Made by a program: the position numbers and the translations under genes
Notes under the pieces: generated by a model
The model's database searches: none
What the model was told of the DNA's origin: nothing
What the model saw: the letters and a program-made list of their open reading frames with translations, nothing else
NCBI RefSeq assembly: GCF_018350175.1
Contig: NC_058373.1
Coordinates: 112,966,001-113,030,000, forward strand
Length of the DNA: 64,000 nt
Origin: Felis catus
Taxonomy: Eukaryota
Reading direction: 5' to 3'
Shown: piece after piece, positions 39,577-51,977 of the stretch
Position numbering within the stretch: position 1 is the stretch's first letter
How the letters are laid out: each line of letters opens with the position of its first letter

Positions 39577-41717
39577 TTTTTTTTTTTTTTTTTTAATTTA
39601 CATCCAAATTAGCCTATAGTGCAACAGTGATTTCAGGAGTAGATTCCTTAATGCCCCTTTAGCCCATCCCCCCTCCCACAACCCCTCCAGTAACCCTCTG
39701 TTTGTTCTCCATATTTTTTTTTAATTTTTTTTTTCAACGTTTATTTATTTTTGGGACAGAGAGAGACAGAGCATGAACGGGGGAGGGGCAGAGAGAGAGG
39801 GAGACACAGAATCGGAAACAGGCTCCAGGCTCTGAGCCATCAGCCCAGAGCCTGACGCGGGGCTCGAACTCACGGAGCGCGAGATCGTGACCTGGCTGAA
39901 GTCGGACGCTTAACCGACTGCGCCACCCAGGCGCCCCTGTTCTCCATATTTAAGAGTCTCTTACGTTTTGTCCTCCTCCCTGTTTTTATATTATTTTTCT
40001 TTCTCTTCCCTTATGTTCATCTGTTTTGTCTCTTAAAGTCCTCATATGAGTGAAGTTATGATATTTGTCTTTCTCTGACTAATTTCGCTTAGCATAATAC
40101 CCTCCAGTTACATCCATGCAGTTGCAAATGGCAAGATTTCATTCTTTTTGATTGCCGAGTAATACTCCATTGTATATATATGTACATGTACCACATCTTC
40201 TTTATCTATTCATCCATTGATGGACATTTGGGCTCTTTCCATACCTTGGCTATTGTTGATAGTACTGCTATAAACATCGGAGTGCATATGTCCCTTCGAA
40301 ACAGCACACCTGTATCCGTTGGATAAATACCTAGTAGTGCACTTGCTGGGTTGTAAGGTAGTTCTATTTTTAATTTTTTGAGGAACCTCCACACTGTTTT
40401 CCATAGTGGCTGCACTAGCTTGCATTCCCAGCAGCAATGCAAAAGAGATCTTCTTTCTCTGCATCCTCCCCAACATCTGTTGTTGCCTGAGTTGTTAATG
40501 TTAGGCATTCTGACAGGTGTGAGGTGGTATCTCATTGTGGTTTTGATTTGTATTTCCCTGATGATGAGTGATGTTGAGCATTTTTTCATGTGTCGGCCAT
40601 CTGGATGTCTTCTTTGGAGAAGTGTCTATTCATGTCTTTTGCCCGTTTCTTCACTGGGTTATTTGTTTTTTGGGTGTTGAGTTTGGTAAGTTCTTTATAG
40701 ATTTTGGATACTAACCCTTTATCTGATATGTCATTTTCAAATATCTTCTCCCATTGTGTCAATTGCCTTTTAGCTTTGCTGATTGTTTCCTTCGCTGTGC
40801 AGAAGCTTTTTATTTTGATTAGGTCCCAGTAGTTCATTTTTGCATTTGTTTCCTTTGCCTCCAGAGATGTGTTAAGTAAGAAGTTGCTACAGCCAAGATC
40901 AGAGAGGTTTTTGCCTGCTTTCTCGAGGATTTTGATGGCTTCCTGTCTTACATTTAGGTCTTTCATCCATTTTGAGTTTATTTTTGTGTATGGTGTAAGA
41001 AAGTGGTCCAGGTTCTTTCTTCTGCATGTCGCTGTCCAGTTTTCCCAGCACTACTTGCTGAAGAGACTGCCTTTTATTCCATTGGAAAGTCTTTCCTGAT
41101 TTGTCAAAGATTAGTTGGCCATACATTTGTGGGTCCATTGCTGGGTTCTCTATTCTGTTCCATCGATCTGAGTGTCTGTTTTTGTGCCAGTAGCATACTG
41201 TCTTGGTATTACAGCTTTGTAGTATAGCTTGAAGTCCGGGATTGTGATGCCTCCTGCTTTGGTTTTCTTTTTCAAGATTGCTTTGGCTGTTCGGGGTCTT
41301 TTCTGGTTCCATACAAATTTTAGGATTGTTTGTTCTAACTCTGTGAAGAATGCTGGTGTTATTTTGATAGGGATTGCATTGAATATGTAGATTGCTTTGG
41401 GTAGTATCGACATTTTAACAATATTTGTTCTTTCTGTCCAGGAGCATGGAATCTTTTCCATTTTTTTGTGTCTTCTTCAGTTTCTTTCATAAGCTTTCTA
41501 TAGTTTTCAGTGTATAGATTTTTCACCTCTTTGGTTGATTTTATTTCTAGGTATTTTATGTGTTTTGGTGCAATTGTAAATGGGATCGATTCCTTGACTT
41601 CTCTTTCTGTTGCTTCATTGTTGGTGAATAGGAATGCAACCGGTATCTGTGCATTGATTTTATATCCTGCAACTTTGCCTAATTCATGGATCAGTTCTAG
41701 CAGTTTTTTGGTGGATG
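39577..41717 (-). mobile_element. younger 5'-truncated felid L1 nested in the older L1
   Basis: Poly-T tail at 39577 and well-preserved ORF2 C-terminal fragments ([32 protein letters not shown]...IPIKI). TSD TCAGAAG at 39570-39576 / 41718-41724, where the host L1 resumes. Confidence 0.88.
39717..39937 (-). mobile_element. young SINEC_Fc-type Can-SINE inside the nested L1
   Basis: TSD TGTTCTCCATATTT 39703-39716 / 39938-39951. Confidence 0.92.
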
Positions 41718-42270
41718 TCAGAAGCTTTTTATCTTGATGAAGCCCCAATAGTTTATGTTTGCTTTTGTTTCCCTTGCCTTTATGTCTAGTAAGAAGTTGC
41801 TCTGGCCGAGGTCAAAGAAGTTGCTGCCTGTGTTCTCCTCATCCAGGATTTTGATGGGTTTTGATGGTTTCCTGTCTCACATCCATTTTGAATTTATTTT
41901 TGTGTATGCTAAGAAAGTGGCCCAGTTTCATTCTTCTGCATGTTGCCATCCAGTTTTCCCATACCATTTGTTGAAGAGACTGTCTTTTTTCCGTGGGGTA
42001 TTCTTTCCTGCTTTGTTGAAGATTAGTTGACCATATAGTTGTGGGTCCATATCTGGGTTTTCTGTTATGTTCCATTAATCTGTTTTTGTGCCATTGCCAT
42101 ACTGTCTTGCTGATTACAGCTGTGTAATATAGCTTGAAATCTGGAATCAAGATGCCTCCAGTTTTGTTTTTTCTTTTTCAGGATTGCTTTGACTATTTGG
42201 GGCCTTTTGTGGTTCCATACAAATTTTAGGATTGTTTGTCTCGCTCTGCAAAAAACGATGGTGCTATTTT

Positions 42271-42471
42271 TTTTTTTTTTTTTTTTGGGACAGAGAGAGA
42301 CAGAGCATGAACGGGGGAGGGGCAGAGAGAGAGGGAGACACAGAATCGGAAACAGGCTCCAGGCTCTGAGTCATCAGCCCAGAGCCTGACGCGGGGCTCG
42401 AACTCACGGACCGCAAGATCGTGACCTGGCTGAAGTCGGACGCTTAACCGACTGCGCCACCCAGGTGCCCC
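42271..42471 (-). mobile_element. young SINEC_Fc-type Can-SINE inside L1 ORF2
   Basis: TSD ACGATGGTGCTATTTT 42255-42270 / 42472-42487. Confidence 0.92.
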
Positions 42472-45400
42472 ACGATGGTGCTATTTTGAAAGGAATTGCG
42501 TAAATATGTAGATTGCTTTGGGTGGTATAGATACTTTAACAGTGTCCTTCCAGTTCATGGGCATGGAATGCTTTTCCATTTCTTTATGTTCTCTTAAACT
42601 TCTTTCATAAGTATTCTATAGTTTTCAGAGTATAGATCTTTTACCTCTTTAGTTAGGTTTATTCCTAGGTATCTTATTGTTTTTGGTGCAATTGCAAATG
42701 GGATCGATTACTTGATTTCTTTTTCTGCTGCTTTGTTACTGATGGATAGCAGTGCAACAGATTTCTGCATGTTGGTTTTATATCCTGAGACTTTGCTGAA
42801 TTCATGTATTAGTTCTAGCAGATTTTTGGTGGAGTCTTCTGGTTTTCTACATAGAGTATCATGTCGTTGACAAATAGTGAAAATTTGACTTCTTCCTCGC
42901 CAATTTGGATGCCTTTTATTTTTGTTGTCTGATTGCTGAAGTTAAGACTTCCAGTACTATGTTAAATATTAATGGTGAGAGTGGACATTTTTGTCTTGTT
43001 CCTGACCATAGGGGAAAGGTTCTCTGTTTTTCCCCATTGAGGATGATATTAGCTGGGAGCCTTTCATACATGGCCTTTGTGATGTTGAGGTATGTTCCAT
43101 CCATCCCTACTTTGTTGAGTGTTTTTGTCAAGAACGGATGCTGTATTTTGTCAAATGTTTTTTTCTGCATCTTTTCACATGATCGTATGGTTCTTATCCT
43201 TTCTTTTATTAATGTGGTGTATCACGTTGATTGATGAATGAATATTGAAACAGTTCTCCAGCCCAGGAATAAATCCCACTTGATCATGGTGAATAATTCT
43301 TTTAATGTACTGTTGAATTCAGTTTGCTAATAGCTTGTTGAGAATTTTTGCATCCATGTTCATCAGGGATATTGGCCTGTAATTCTCCTTTTTAGTGGGG
43401 TCTTTGTCTGGTTTTGGAATTAAGGTAATGCTGGCTTTGTAGAATGAGTTTGGAAGTTTTCCTTCTATTTCTGTTTTTTGGAACAGTTTTTGGAACAGAA
43501 CAGAACTTCTGTTTTTGGAACAGAAGAATAGGTATTCTTCTTTAAATGTCTGGTAGAATTCCCCTGGGAAGCCATCTAGCCCAGAACTTTTGTTTGTTCT
43601 GAGATTTTTGATTACTAATTATGTTTCTTTGCTGGTTATGGGTCTGTTCAAAATTTCTATTTCTTCTTGTTTCAGTTTTGGTAATTTGTGAGTTTCTAGG
43701 AATTTTTCCATTTCTTCAGATTGCCCAGTTTGTTGGCATATAATTTTTCATAGTATTCTTTTATAATTGCGTGTATTTCTGTGGTGTTGGTTCTGATCTC
43801 TCCTCTTTCATTTGTGATTTTATTTATTTGTGCCTTTTCTTTTTGTTAAATCCGGCTAGGGGTTTGTCAGTTTTGTTAGTTCTTTTAAAGAACCCGCTCT
43901 TAGTTTCATTGATCTGTTCTACTGGATTTTTGTTTGTTTCTATATCATTTATTTCTGCTCTAAACTTTATTATTTCCCTTCTTCTCCTGGCTTTAGGTCT
44001 TATTTGCTGTTCCTTTTCTAGCTTCTTTAGGTATAAGGTTAGGTTGTGTTTTGGGGACCTTTTTTACTTCTTAAGATAGGCCTGAATTGCAGTATACTTC
44101 CCTTTTAGGACTGGCTTTGCTGCATCCCAAAAGTTTTAGATTGGCATGTTTTCATTTTCATTTGCTTCTTTGTATTGTTTTATTTTTTCTTTGATTTTCT
44201 GGTTAACACATTATTCTTTAATAGGATGTTCAAAACCTTCATGTATGTGAACTTTCCAAATTTTTCTTGTGGTTGACTTTAAGTTTCATAGTGTTGTAGT
44301 CTGAAAATATGCGCGGTATGATCTCAGTCTTTTTGTACTTGTCGAGGACTGATTTGTGACTCAGTATATGATCTATTGTAGAGAATGTTCCATGTGCACT
44401 TGAAAAGAATGTGTATTTTGCTTTAGGATGAAATGTTATGAGCATATCTGTTAAGTCCATCTGGTCCAGTGTGTAACTCAAAGCCATTTGTTTCCTTGTT
44501 GATTTTCTGCTTAGGTGATCTGTACATTGCTGTAAGTAGGGTGTTAAAGTCCCCTATTATTTTTGTATTATTATCAGTGAGTTTCTTTTTGTTTGTTATT
44601 AATTGATTTATATATTTGCATGCTGCCAAGTTGTGGGCATAATGTTTATAATTGTTAAATCTTCCTGATGGATAGACCCCTTAATTATAAGGCCCTTCTT
44701 CATCTCTTGTTACAGACTTTGTTTTAAAATCTAGTTTGTCTGCTATAAGTATGGCTACTCCAGCTTGCTTTTGATGTCCATTAACATGATAGATGGTTTT
44801 CCATCCTCTCACTTTCGATCTGCAGATGTCTTTTGGTCTAAAATGAGTTGCAGGGTGCCTGGGTGGTTCAGTCAGTTAAGCATCCAAATTCGGCTCGAGT
44901 CATGATCTCATAGTTTGTGAGTTTGAGCTCCACATCAGACTCTGTGCTGACAGTTTGGAGGCTGCATGGAATTCTGTCTCTCCGCCCCTCCTCCACTGGC
45001 ACATGTGTGCTTTATCTCTCTCTCTCAAATAAGTAAACTTAAAATAAAATGAAATAAGTCTCTTGTAGGCAGCATATAGATCTTTTTTTAAAATCCATTC
45101 TGATACTGTATGGTTTTTAAAAATATTTATTTATTTTTGAGACAGAGAGTGAGAGCGCACATGTATGAGTGGGGGCAGTGCAGGCAGAGAAGGGGATACA
45201 GGATCCAAAGCGGGCTCTGAGCTGACAACAGAGAGCCTGATGCGGGCTCGAACTCATGAACCATGAGATCATAACCTGAGCCAAAGTCAGACACTCAACC
45301 AACTGAGCTAGCTGGGTGCTGTCCCACCCCCGTATGTCTTTTTTTTTTTTTTTTTTTTTTTTTTTTGGAGCATTTAGTCCATTTGCATTCAGAGTAATTC

Positions 45401-45546
45401 TTGAAAGATACGAATTTAGTACCCTTGTGTTACATGTAGAGTTGGTGTTTCTGGTTATGTTCTCTGGTCCTTTTTAGTCTTTGTTGCTTTTGGTCTTTTT
45501 TTCTCCCGACCTCCACTCAAAGAGTCCCCTTTAAAATTTCTTGTAG

Positions 45547-45999
45547 CACTTGAAGAAACAAAACGTACATAGGGGAAGAGGAGGAAAAATAAGGTAAAAA
45601 CAGGGAGGGAGGCAAACTGGAAGATACTTTTTTTTTTTTCTCGCTTGCTTGCTTGCTTATTTATTTATGTATTTATGTATTTATGTATTTATTTATTTAA
45701 ATTCAAGTTAGTTAACATACAGTGTAGTATTGGTTTCAGGAATAGAACCCACTGATTCTTCACTTACATATAATGCCCAGGGAAGAGACTCTTAAGTATA
45801 GAGAACAAACTCAGGGTTGCTGGAGGGGTGTTGGGTAGGAGGATGGGCTAAATGAGTGATGGGCATTAATGGTGGCACTTGTTGGGATGAGCACTGGATA
45901 TTGTGTGTAAGTGATCAATCACCAAATTCTACTCCTGAAACCATTATTATACTATATGTTAACTAACTTGGGTTAAAACAAAACAAAACAAAACAAAAC
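45547..45999 (+). mobile_element. short L1 3'-end fragment in opposite orientation to the host L1, itself interrupted by a minus-strand L1 tail (45629-45780)
   Basis: L1 3'UTR ending in a (AAAAC)n tail, TSD TTCTTGTAG 45538-45546 / 46000-46008. Inner insert flanked by GGAAGA(T/G)ACT 45619-45628 / 45781-45790. Confidence 0.8.
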
Positions 46000-46930
46000 T
46001 TCTTGTAGGGCAACTCCTTTAGTTTTTGTCTGGGAAACTCTTTATTTGTCCTTCTATTTTGAATGACAGCCTTGCTGAATAGAGTATTCTTGGCAGCATA
46101 TTTTTCACGTTCATGTTGAACATATCTTGCCACTGCTTTCTGGCCTGTCAGGTTTCTGTGGGCTGTCTTCCCTTGTAGGTTAAGGACTTTTTCCCTTGCT
46201 GTTTTCAAGATTCTTTCCTTGTCTCTGTATTTTGTGAATTTAACTATAATATGCCTTGGTGATGGTCGGTTTTTGTTGAATCTAATGGGAGTTCTCTGTG
46301 CTTCTTGGATTTGATGTCCATGTCCTTACTCAGATTAGGAAAGTTTTCAGCTATAATTTGCTCATATTACTTTCTGCCCCTTTTTCTCTCCCTTCATCTT
46401 CTGGGACTCCTATGATACAAATATTATTATGTTTTGATAAGTCACTGAGTTCCCTAAGTCTGCCTTCATGATCTCTGACCCGTGTTTCCCTCTTTTCAGC
46501 TTCATTATTTTCTGTAATTTTATCTTTAGTATTACTAATTTGCTCGTCTGCCTCATCCATCCTTGTTTTTATGGTTGCCATTTGGGTTTGCATCTCGGTT
46601 ATAACATTTTTAATTTCGGCCCAACTAGTTTTAGTTCTTTTATTTCTGTAGAAAGGGATTCTCTGGTATCTTCTATGCTTTTTCCAAGCCCAGCTAGTGT
46701 CATTATAATCGTTGTTTTAAATTCCAATTCAGAGATCTTACTTGTATCTTCATTGACTAAATCGCTGGCTGTCGTTTCTCCTGTGTTTTGTTTGTTTTTT
46801 TGAGGTGAATCCCTGTGTCTTGGCATTTTGGAGGAAGAAAAAAAATAATAGTAATAGAATGAACTAAAAATTTAAAAATCAAATAAAGGAAGTTGTGTTT
46901 TGGTCTGCTTGTTAAGAGAAGCTTGATAGA

Positions 46931-47378
46931 GGGGCACCTGGGTGGTTCAGTCAGTTGAGCGTCTAACTCTTGGTTTTGGGTCGGGTCATGGTCTTGCAGT
47001 TCATGGGATAAAGCCCCATTTTGGGCACGGTGCTGACAACACAGAGCCTGTTTGGGATTCTCTTTCTCCCTCTCTGTCTGCCCTTCATTGGCTTGTGCAT
47101 GCACACTCTCTCTCTGAAAATAAACATTTTTTTAAAAAGAGAAGCTTGATAGGGGCACCTGGGTGGCGCAGTTGGTTAAGCGTCCGATTTCAGCCAGGTC
47201 ACGATCTCGCGGTCCATGAGTTCGAGCCCCGCGTCAGGCTCTGGACTGATGGCTCGGAGCCTGGAGCCTGTTTCCGATTCTGTGTCTCTCTCTCTCTCTG
47301 CCCCTCCCCCGTTCATGCTCTGTCTCTCTCTGTCCCAAAAATAAATAAAAAATGTTGAAAAAAAAATTAAAAAAAAAA
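46931..47378 (+). mobile_element. two tandem Can-SINEs (older 46931-47136, younger 47152-47378) in the L1 5'UTR
   Basis: Three copies of AAGAGAAGCTTGATAG (46914, 47137, 47379) bracket the two elements. Confidence 0.88.
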
Positions 47379-50300
47379 AAGAGAAGCTTGATAGAAGAGA
47401 AAAAAATTAAGACTAATAAAATAAAATAATAGATTTTGCTTTTGTATGCAAGAAACAAAAGAGAAGAAAAACAACAACAAAAATTAACAAGCAAACAAAT
47501 CAACCCAGATGAAGCTAGATCCAGTTTCCCCTAGAGCTGAAACTTTGCAGCAGTCTATGGTCAGTTGACTAAGCTCCTCATAGGAATTTGTGCTGGTCTT
47601 CTTGGGGAGGGGCCTGCTGCTCTGGTTTTCCGGCCAACTTGCTCTAGTGGAGATGTGCCTAGAGGGCACAGTGGGTCAGGGCTTGGTATAACCGCTCCTT
47701 TCTCCACTTGGTGGTGCTCTGTAGATACTGGGGTCAATCAGTGTTGGTGGGCTAATGGTGAAAATGGCTTCACCTGTTTTCTAGTCTCCAGAGTCGGAAG
47801 TTCATCCCCTAACAGATGAGCGACCAGTCATCCCTCCCGTGTCGCCCCCACCACCCCCAAATCAGCTTCTCGCCTTCCCCTGTCTGTATCTGAGCTGTCC
47901 ACCTACGAGGTGGTTCCTCTCTCCAGTTTTATCTGAGGAGTGGCTGTGTTTCAAAACCCCACACATCAGAGACCCCCACGTTTTTGACCCACTGTGATCT
48001 TCTTGGGGAGGGTCTCACTGTGCTGTGTCCGGGGCCGGCTTATCCCAGGACACACGGAGAGAGAATCCTAAGCAGACTCCATGCCCAGCATGGAGCTGGC
48101 AAGAGTCCTGACCATGAAATCATGACCTGAGCCAAAATCAAGAGTCAGTCATTCAGCCAACTCAGCCACCCAGCCACCCCTGCTGTTTCTTAATTGCCTT
48201 TAGCTCAAAAAAATCCTTATGCCAAAGTGTCACATTTTGGGGTGGCATAGTGTAATACGCTTCAGAGCTTTATTTTGAGGATTAACTGAGCTGCTGTATC
48301 AAGAATGAGTAGCATAGTGCCTTTATTAAGCACTTTATAAATGTTAGATAAGAGATTATAAACCTGTGACATTCACATGGAATAGCAATGAACTGCATTA
48401 CATTTTAATAAATACTTTTAGGGGATCATGTGATTAACAATTGCTTAATTAATTGCTTAATTTGATTAAGCAATTTTATAGGAATTGTGTGAATTGGTTG
48501 TCATAGACTGAGTCGGTGATGAAAAATTGTAATTGTGTGTTGAAGTAAAGTTCTTTTCATCTCTGAATTAATAGTGAAAGTCAGTGGGGGAAATAATTGT
48601 TACCTTATTTATAAACAACTCACATATGTAGTGAGGTAAGTTTTACTCAATTTTATCAGTTTCTCTTATTGACTGAAGCATTACTCTAGGGTGTTTTCCC
48701 CTAGGTTGTTTTTACTGTACACTTTTAAATAGGCATTCACAGAATTGAGTTTCATTACCATGATTTAAAGTCTTCTATTTAGATAAAGCATTTGTTTAAT
48801 TTTACAAATATCAACGTGCTTGTGTTAATATTTTGTTTACTTTTTTCCTTGTGTAATGGATGCCTTTCATACCTGTCTCTTCTATTCTTTCCCATTTATA
48901 CAGATTTTTCTTAGAATGCTCTTCCTCTGCAAGTAATTCTTATAGCATTTTCTGCCATTGTAGTATAGCACTTACCAAGTAACATTGCAGTTGTATAGGG
49001 TTTTGTTTATTTGCTTATCTGATTATCATACTAGATTTTAAGTTTCTTAAGGATAAGGAGACTGCCTTAGCAGTCTTTTTCTTGCCAGCAACTATCCAAG
49101 CTTTTATGCCAAGTGGGTACTTACGTTGTTGGATAAAGTGTACTTTATAAATAACTCTTCTTAACTGCAGAATTTGCAGTACAGTAATCTTTAAAATTAA
49201 CCTTTTGTTGTTATTACTCATGTTGCATAGTATTTCCCTTATGTTTCTTGCCTTCTACTACTATCTGGTCAAAATCAGAATTTGCAGTACTATAGTACTA
49301 AAAGTTCAGTGGATTCTAAACTTGGTGACATTTGTATCCTCATCAGTCTTTTTTCTTAGATTCTTCTTTCCTATTCTGTTGATATAACCCTAGTTCTGGT
49401 CCTGAAAAATACTGTGTTCCTTCTTTAGTCAGATTTGTAGATAGCAGTAGATAGGAATAGTTGTTACTAATTTTGCTTAATATCCTTTTTTTAAGTTTGT
49501 TTTTGTTTTTTTAAGTTTATTTATTTATTTTGAGAGAGAGAGAAAAAGCGTGCATGTGAGGTAGGGAAGGGCAGAGAGAGGGAGACAGAGGATCCAAAAC
49601 AGGCTCTGTGCTGTTAGCAAGAAGCTTGACATGGGGCTCGATTCCACAGACTGTGAGATCATGACCTGAGCTGAAATCCAGAGGTGGAGTGCTTAACCAG
49701 AGCCACCCAGGTGCCCCAATTTTGCTTAATATTCTTGTCCTAATAGCTCAGAAATGGTTATTTGGTAGTTCTTTAATGACAGGGCAAACTATTCTCTTTT
49801 TTTTTTATGGCCAGTTGTTGAATTGCATACCAATGAGCCATGTAGGTCTAGGTAATCATCTACTAGTTTGCTGACCTTTAGAGTGTATTATTTTCTTGTA
49901 AGCTATAAATCACTTGAGGTCAAAAGTTGGAGTCTCTTACAATGCATTTTTACAGACCTGAAACTTGTGATACATGTGTTCCAGGGAAGGCAATTGACTA
50001 AAGGATTGACACTCAAGATTAAAGGGAATGGAGAAAATCTATATGGGATAGGTATAGAAATAATGTATCTAGAAAGCAAAGGAATAGTCATGAGAGTTTG
50101 ATTAATTGGGATTCTTTAAGAGTTTGTCATTGTGCGTTATTAACACGATGAAAGAATCAGTGCTGTCAAAATTGTGAACCCGACTTCTGTATTTTAAAGT
50201 GTAGGTGGTCCCATTTGGAAGTTTTTCTTATTATTGCTCTTACTCTTTTTGTTGTTATTGATGTTAAATGTTTATCTATTTTGAGAGAGAGAGAGAAAAG

Positions 50301-51929
50301 AGAGAGAATCCCAAGCAGGCTCTGCATGCAGAGCCCAATGTGGGGCTCAATCTCACAAACCTCGAGATCATAACTTGAGTGGAAACCAAGAGTCAGACAC
50401 TTAACTGTCCAAGCCACTGAGGTACCCCTTATTGCTCTTATTCCTATGGTTTCCTCTCATTTTTAGGTAAAGATGTTATATAGTCATTACTGTGTGGTAG
50501 AGGCAGTTCTGAGTATGAGTCTTGCTCATATTGATGGTTTAAGTTCTTTATTTAGGAATTTTTTTTCTTTTAGGAATTCTTATTTTATTGTTTATGAAAT
50601 TGTTTAGGGCCTTAGGGATAATATTTTTATTACTTCTTTTTGTGAAAAGATTCCAGAACTCTTGAAAGGGCTTTGTTGGTGCTGTAAACTTTTATAGACT
50701 TTAAGAAAGTAGTTGTAATTAAAAGTTTCTGTGTTTTTTTTTCTTTCAAATGGTAATATCTTTGTGTTTTTCCTCCAAATTATAAAAGTAACACATTTAT
50801 TTTGGTCAGCATTTTGTAAGTTATCCAAATAGTACAGAAGTACAAGTAGAAAGTAAAACCTGAGAGGTCTGTTATCTTTACTTTTCAGAGATATTAAGTG
50901 AAAACGGTATTGTGTATATTCTTCTAGATTTTTTGTTAATAACTTTATAAACATCTTTTATTTTTTCTTTTAAGTTTTTATTTGTTTTGAGAGAGCATGT
51001 GGGAGGGGCGGAGAGAGAGGGAGAGAGAGAGAATCCCAAGCAGGCTCTGCACTATCAGCATGGAGCCCGATGCGGGGCTTGAACTCCTGAATCAGGAGAT
51101 CATGACCTGAACCGAAATCAAGAGTCAGATGCCCAACTGACTGAGCCACTCACGTGCCCACATAGACATCTATTATGTGCATTTGTAAAAATGGTATGAA
51201 ATGTAAACACCATTCTGAAGCTATCTTTATTCACTTGCTTTTGTTCCATGTCAGTTCATACAGAGCTTCAATCTCTAGCAGCCACATTAAATTTTTTTTT
51301 TAATTAAAAAAAATTTTTTTAAAGGAACAGTTAGTGGCAATATAATAATATATTTTATTTAACATAATGTATAAAATATTACCATTTCCACATATATTAA
51401 AAATAATGAGATGTTTTACATCCATTTTTTTTCCATATGGAGTCTTTGAAATTCAGTGTGTATTTTACACTGATGGCACATCTCGATTAGAATGATAAAT
51501 TTTCAGGGGTGCCTGGTGGCTCAGTTGGTTAAACATCTGACTTTGGCTCAGGTCATGATCTCACAGTTTGTGGGTTCGAGCCCTGCATCAGGCTCTGTGC
51601 TGACAGCTCAGTGCCTGGAGCCTGCTTTGGATTCTGTGTCTCCTTCTCTCTCTCTGCCCCTCCCTTGCTTACACTCTGTCTCTCAGAAATAAACATTTAA
51701 AAAAATTTACAGAATGATAAATTTTCATTGGAAATACTTGGTCTATATTTATGTTTTATTATATTTATAGTTGAAAATATAGATTAACATACCCAGATTA
51801 TTCCAAACATACTTTATAGGATGAATTTCTAGAAAAAGTATTAATAGATCATAGGATTATTTAAAAATTAAAAAAAAATTTTTTTTAAAGTACGTTCAAT
51901 TTTGAGAGACAGAACATGAGTGGGGGAGG

Positions 51930-51977
<48 letters not shown>

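Larger units (their letters stand above)
38382..48057 (-). mobile_element. near full-length, inactivated carnivore LINE-1 carrying several nested insertions
   Basis: 3'UTR at ~38590-39000, ORF2 fragments ([13 protein letters not shown] 42916-43170; endonuclease IIGDFNT 44423-44629), ORF1 N-terminus (SELEFKTTII..LAGLGKSIEDTRESL 46599-46826) and 5'UTR to ~48050. Putative TSD AGAGAGAA at 38374-38381 / 48058-48065. Confidence 0.9.
37461..48264 (-). mobile_element. MER34-like ERV1 solo LTR split into 37461-38130 and 48181-48264
   Basis: Ends match recalled MER34-type termini (tg(g)taggggagga..tcttagg; tgctgtttcttaattgcctttagctcaaaa..atccttatgccaaagtg..ttttggggtggcat..ttca). The two halves are continuous once the inserts are removed. 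Confidence 0.7.
37320..48348 (+). mobile_element. MIR split by the LTR/L1 stack (37320-37460 and 48265-48348)
   Basis: Left half has the MIR core (tgtgtgactctggg..ttaactt..cttatttgcagaatgg). Right half continues tgaggattaactgag..gcatagtgcc..taagcact..ataaatgttag. Confidence 0.65.

Noticed and set aside
38382..48057. Active L1 or a novel reverse-transcriptase system
   Set aside because: ORF1 and ORF2 are broken by frameshifts, stops and nested insertions; ordinary dead LINE-1s.
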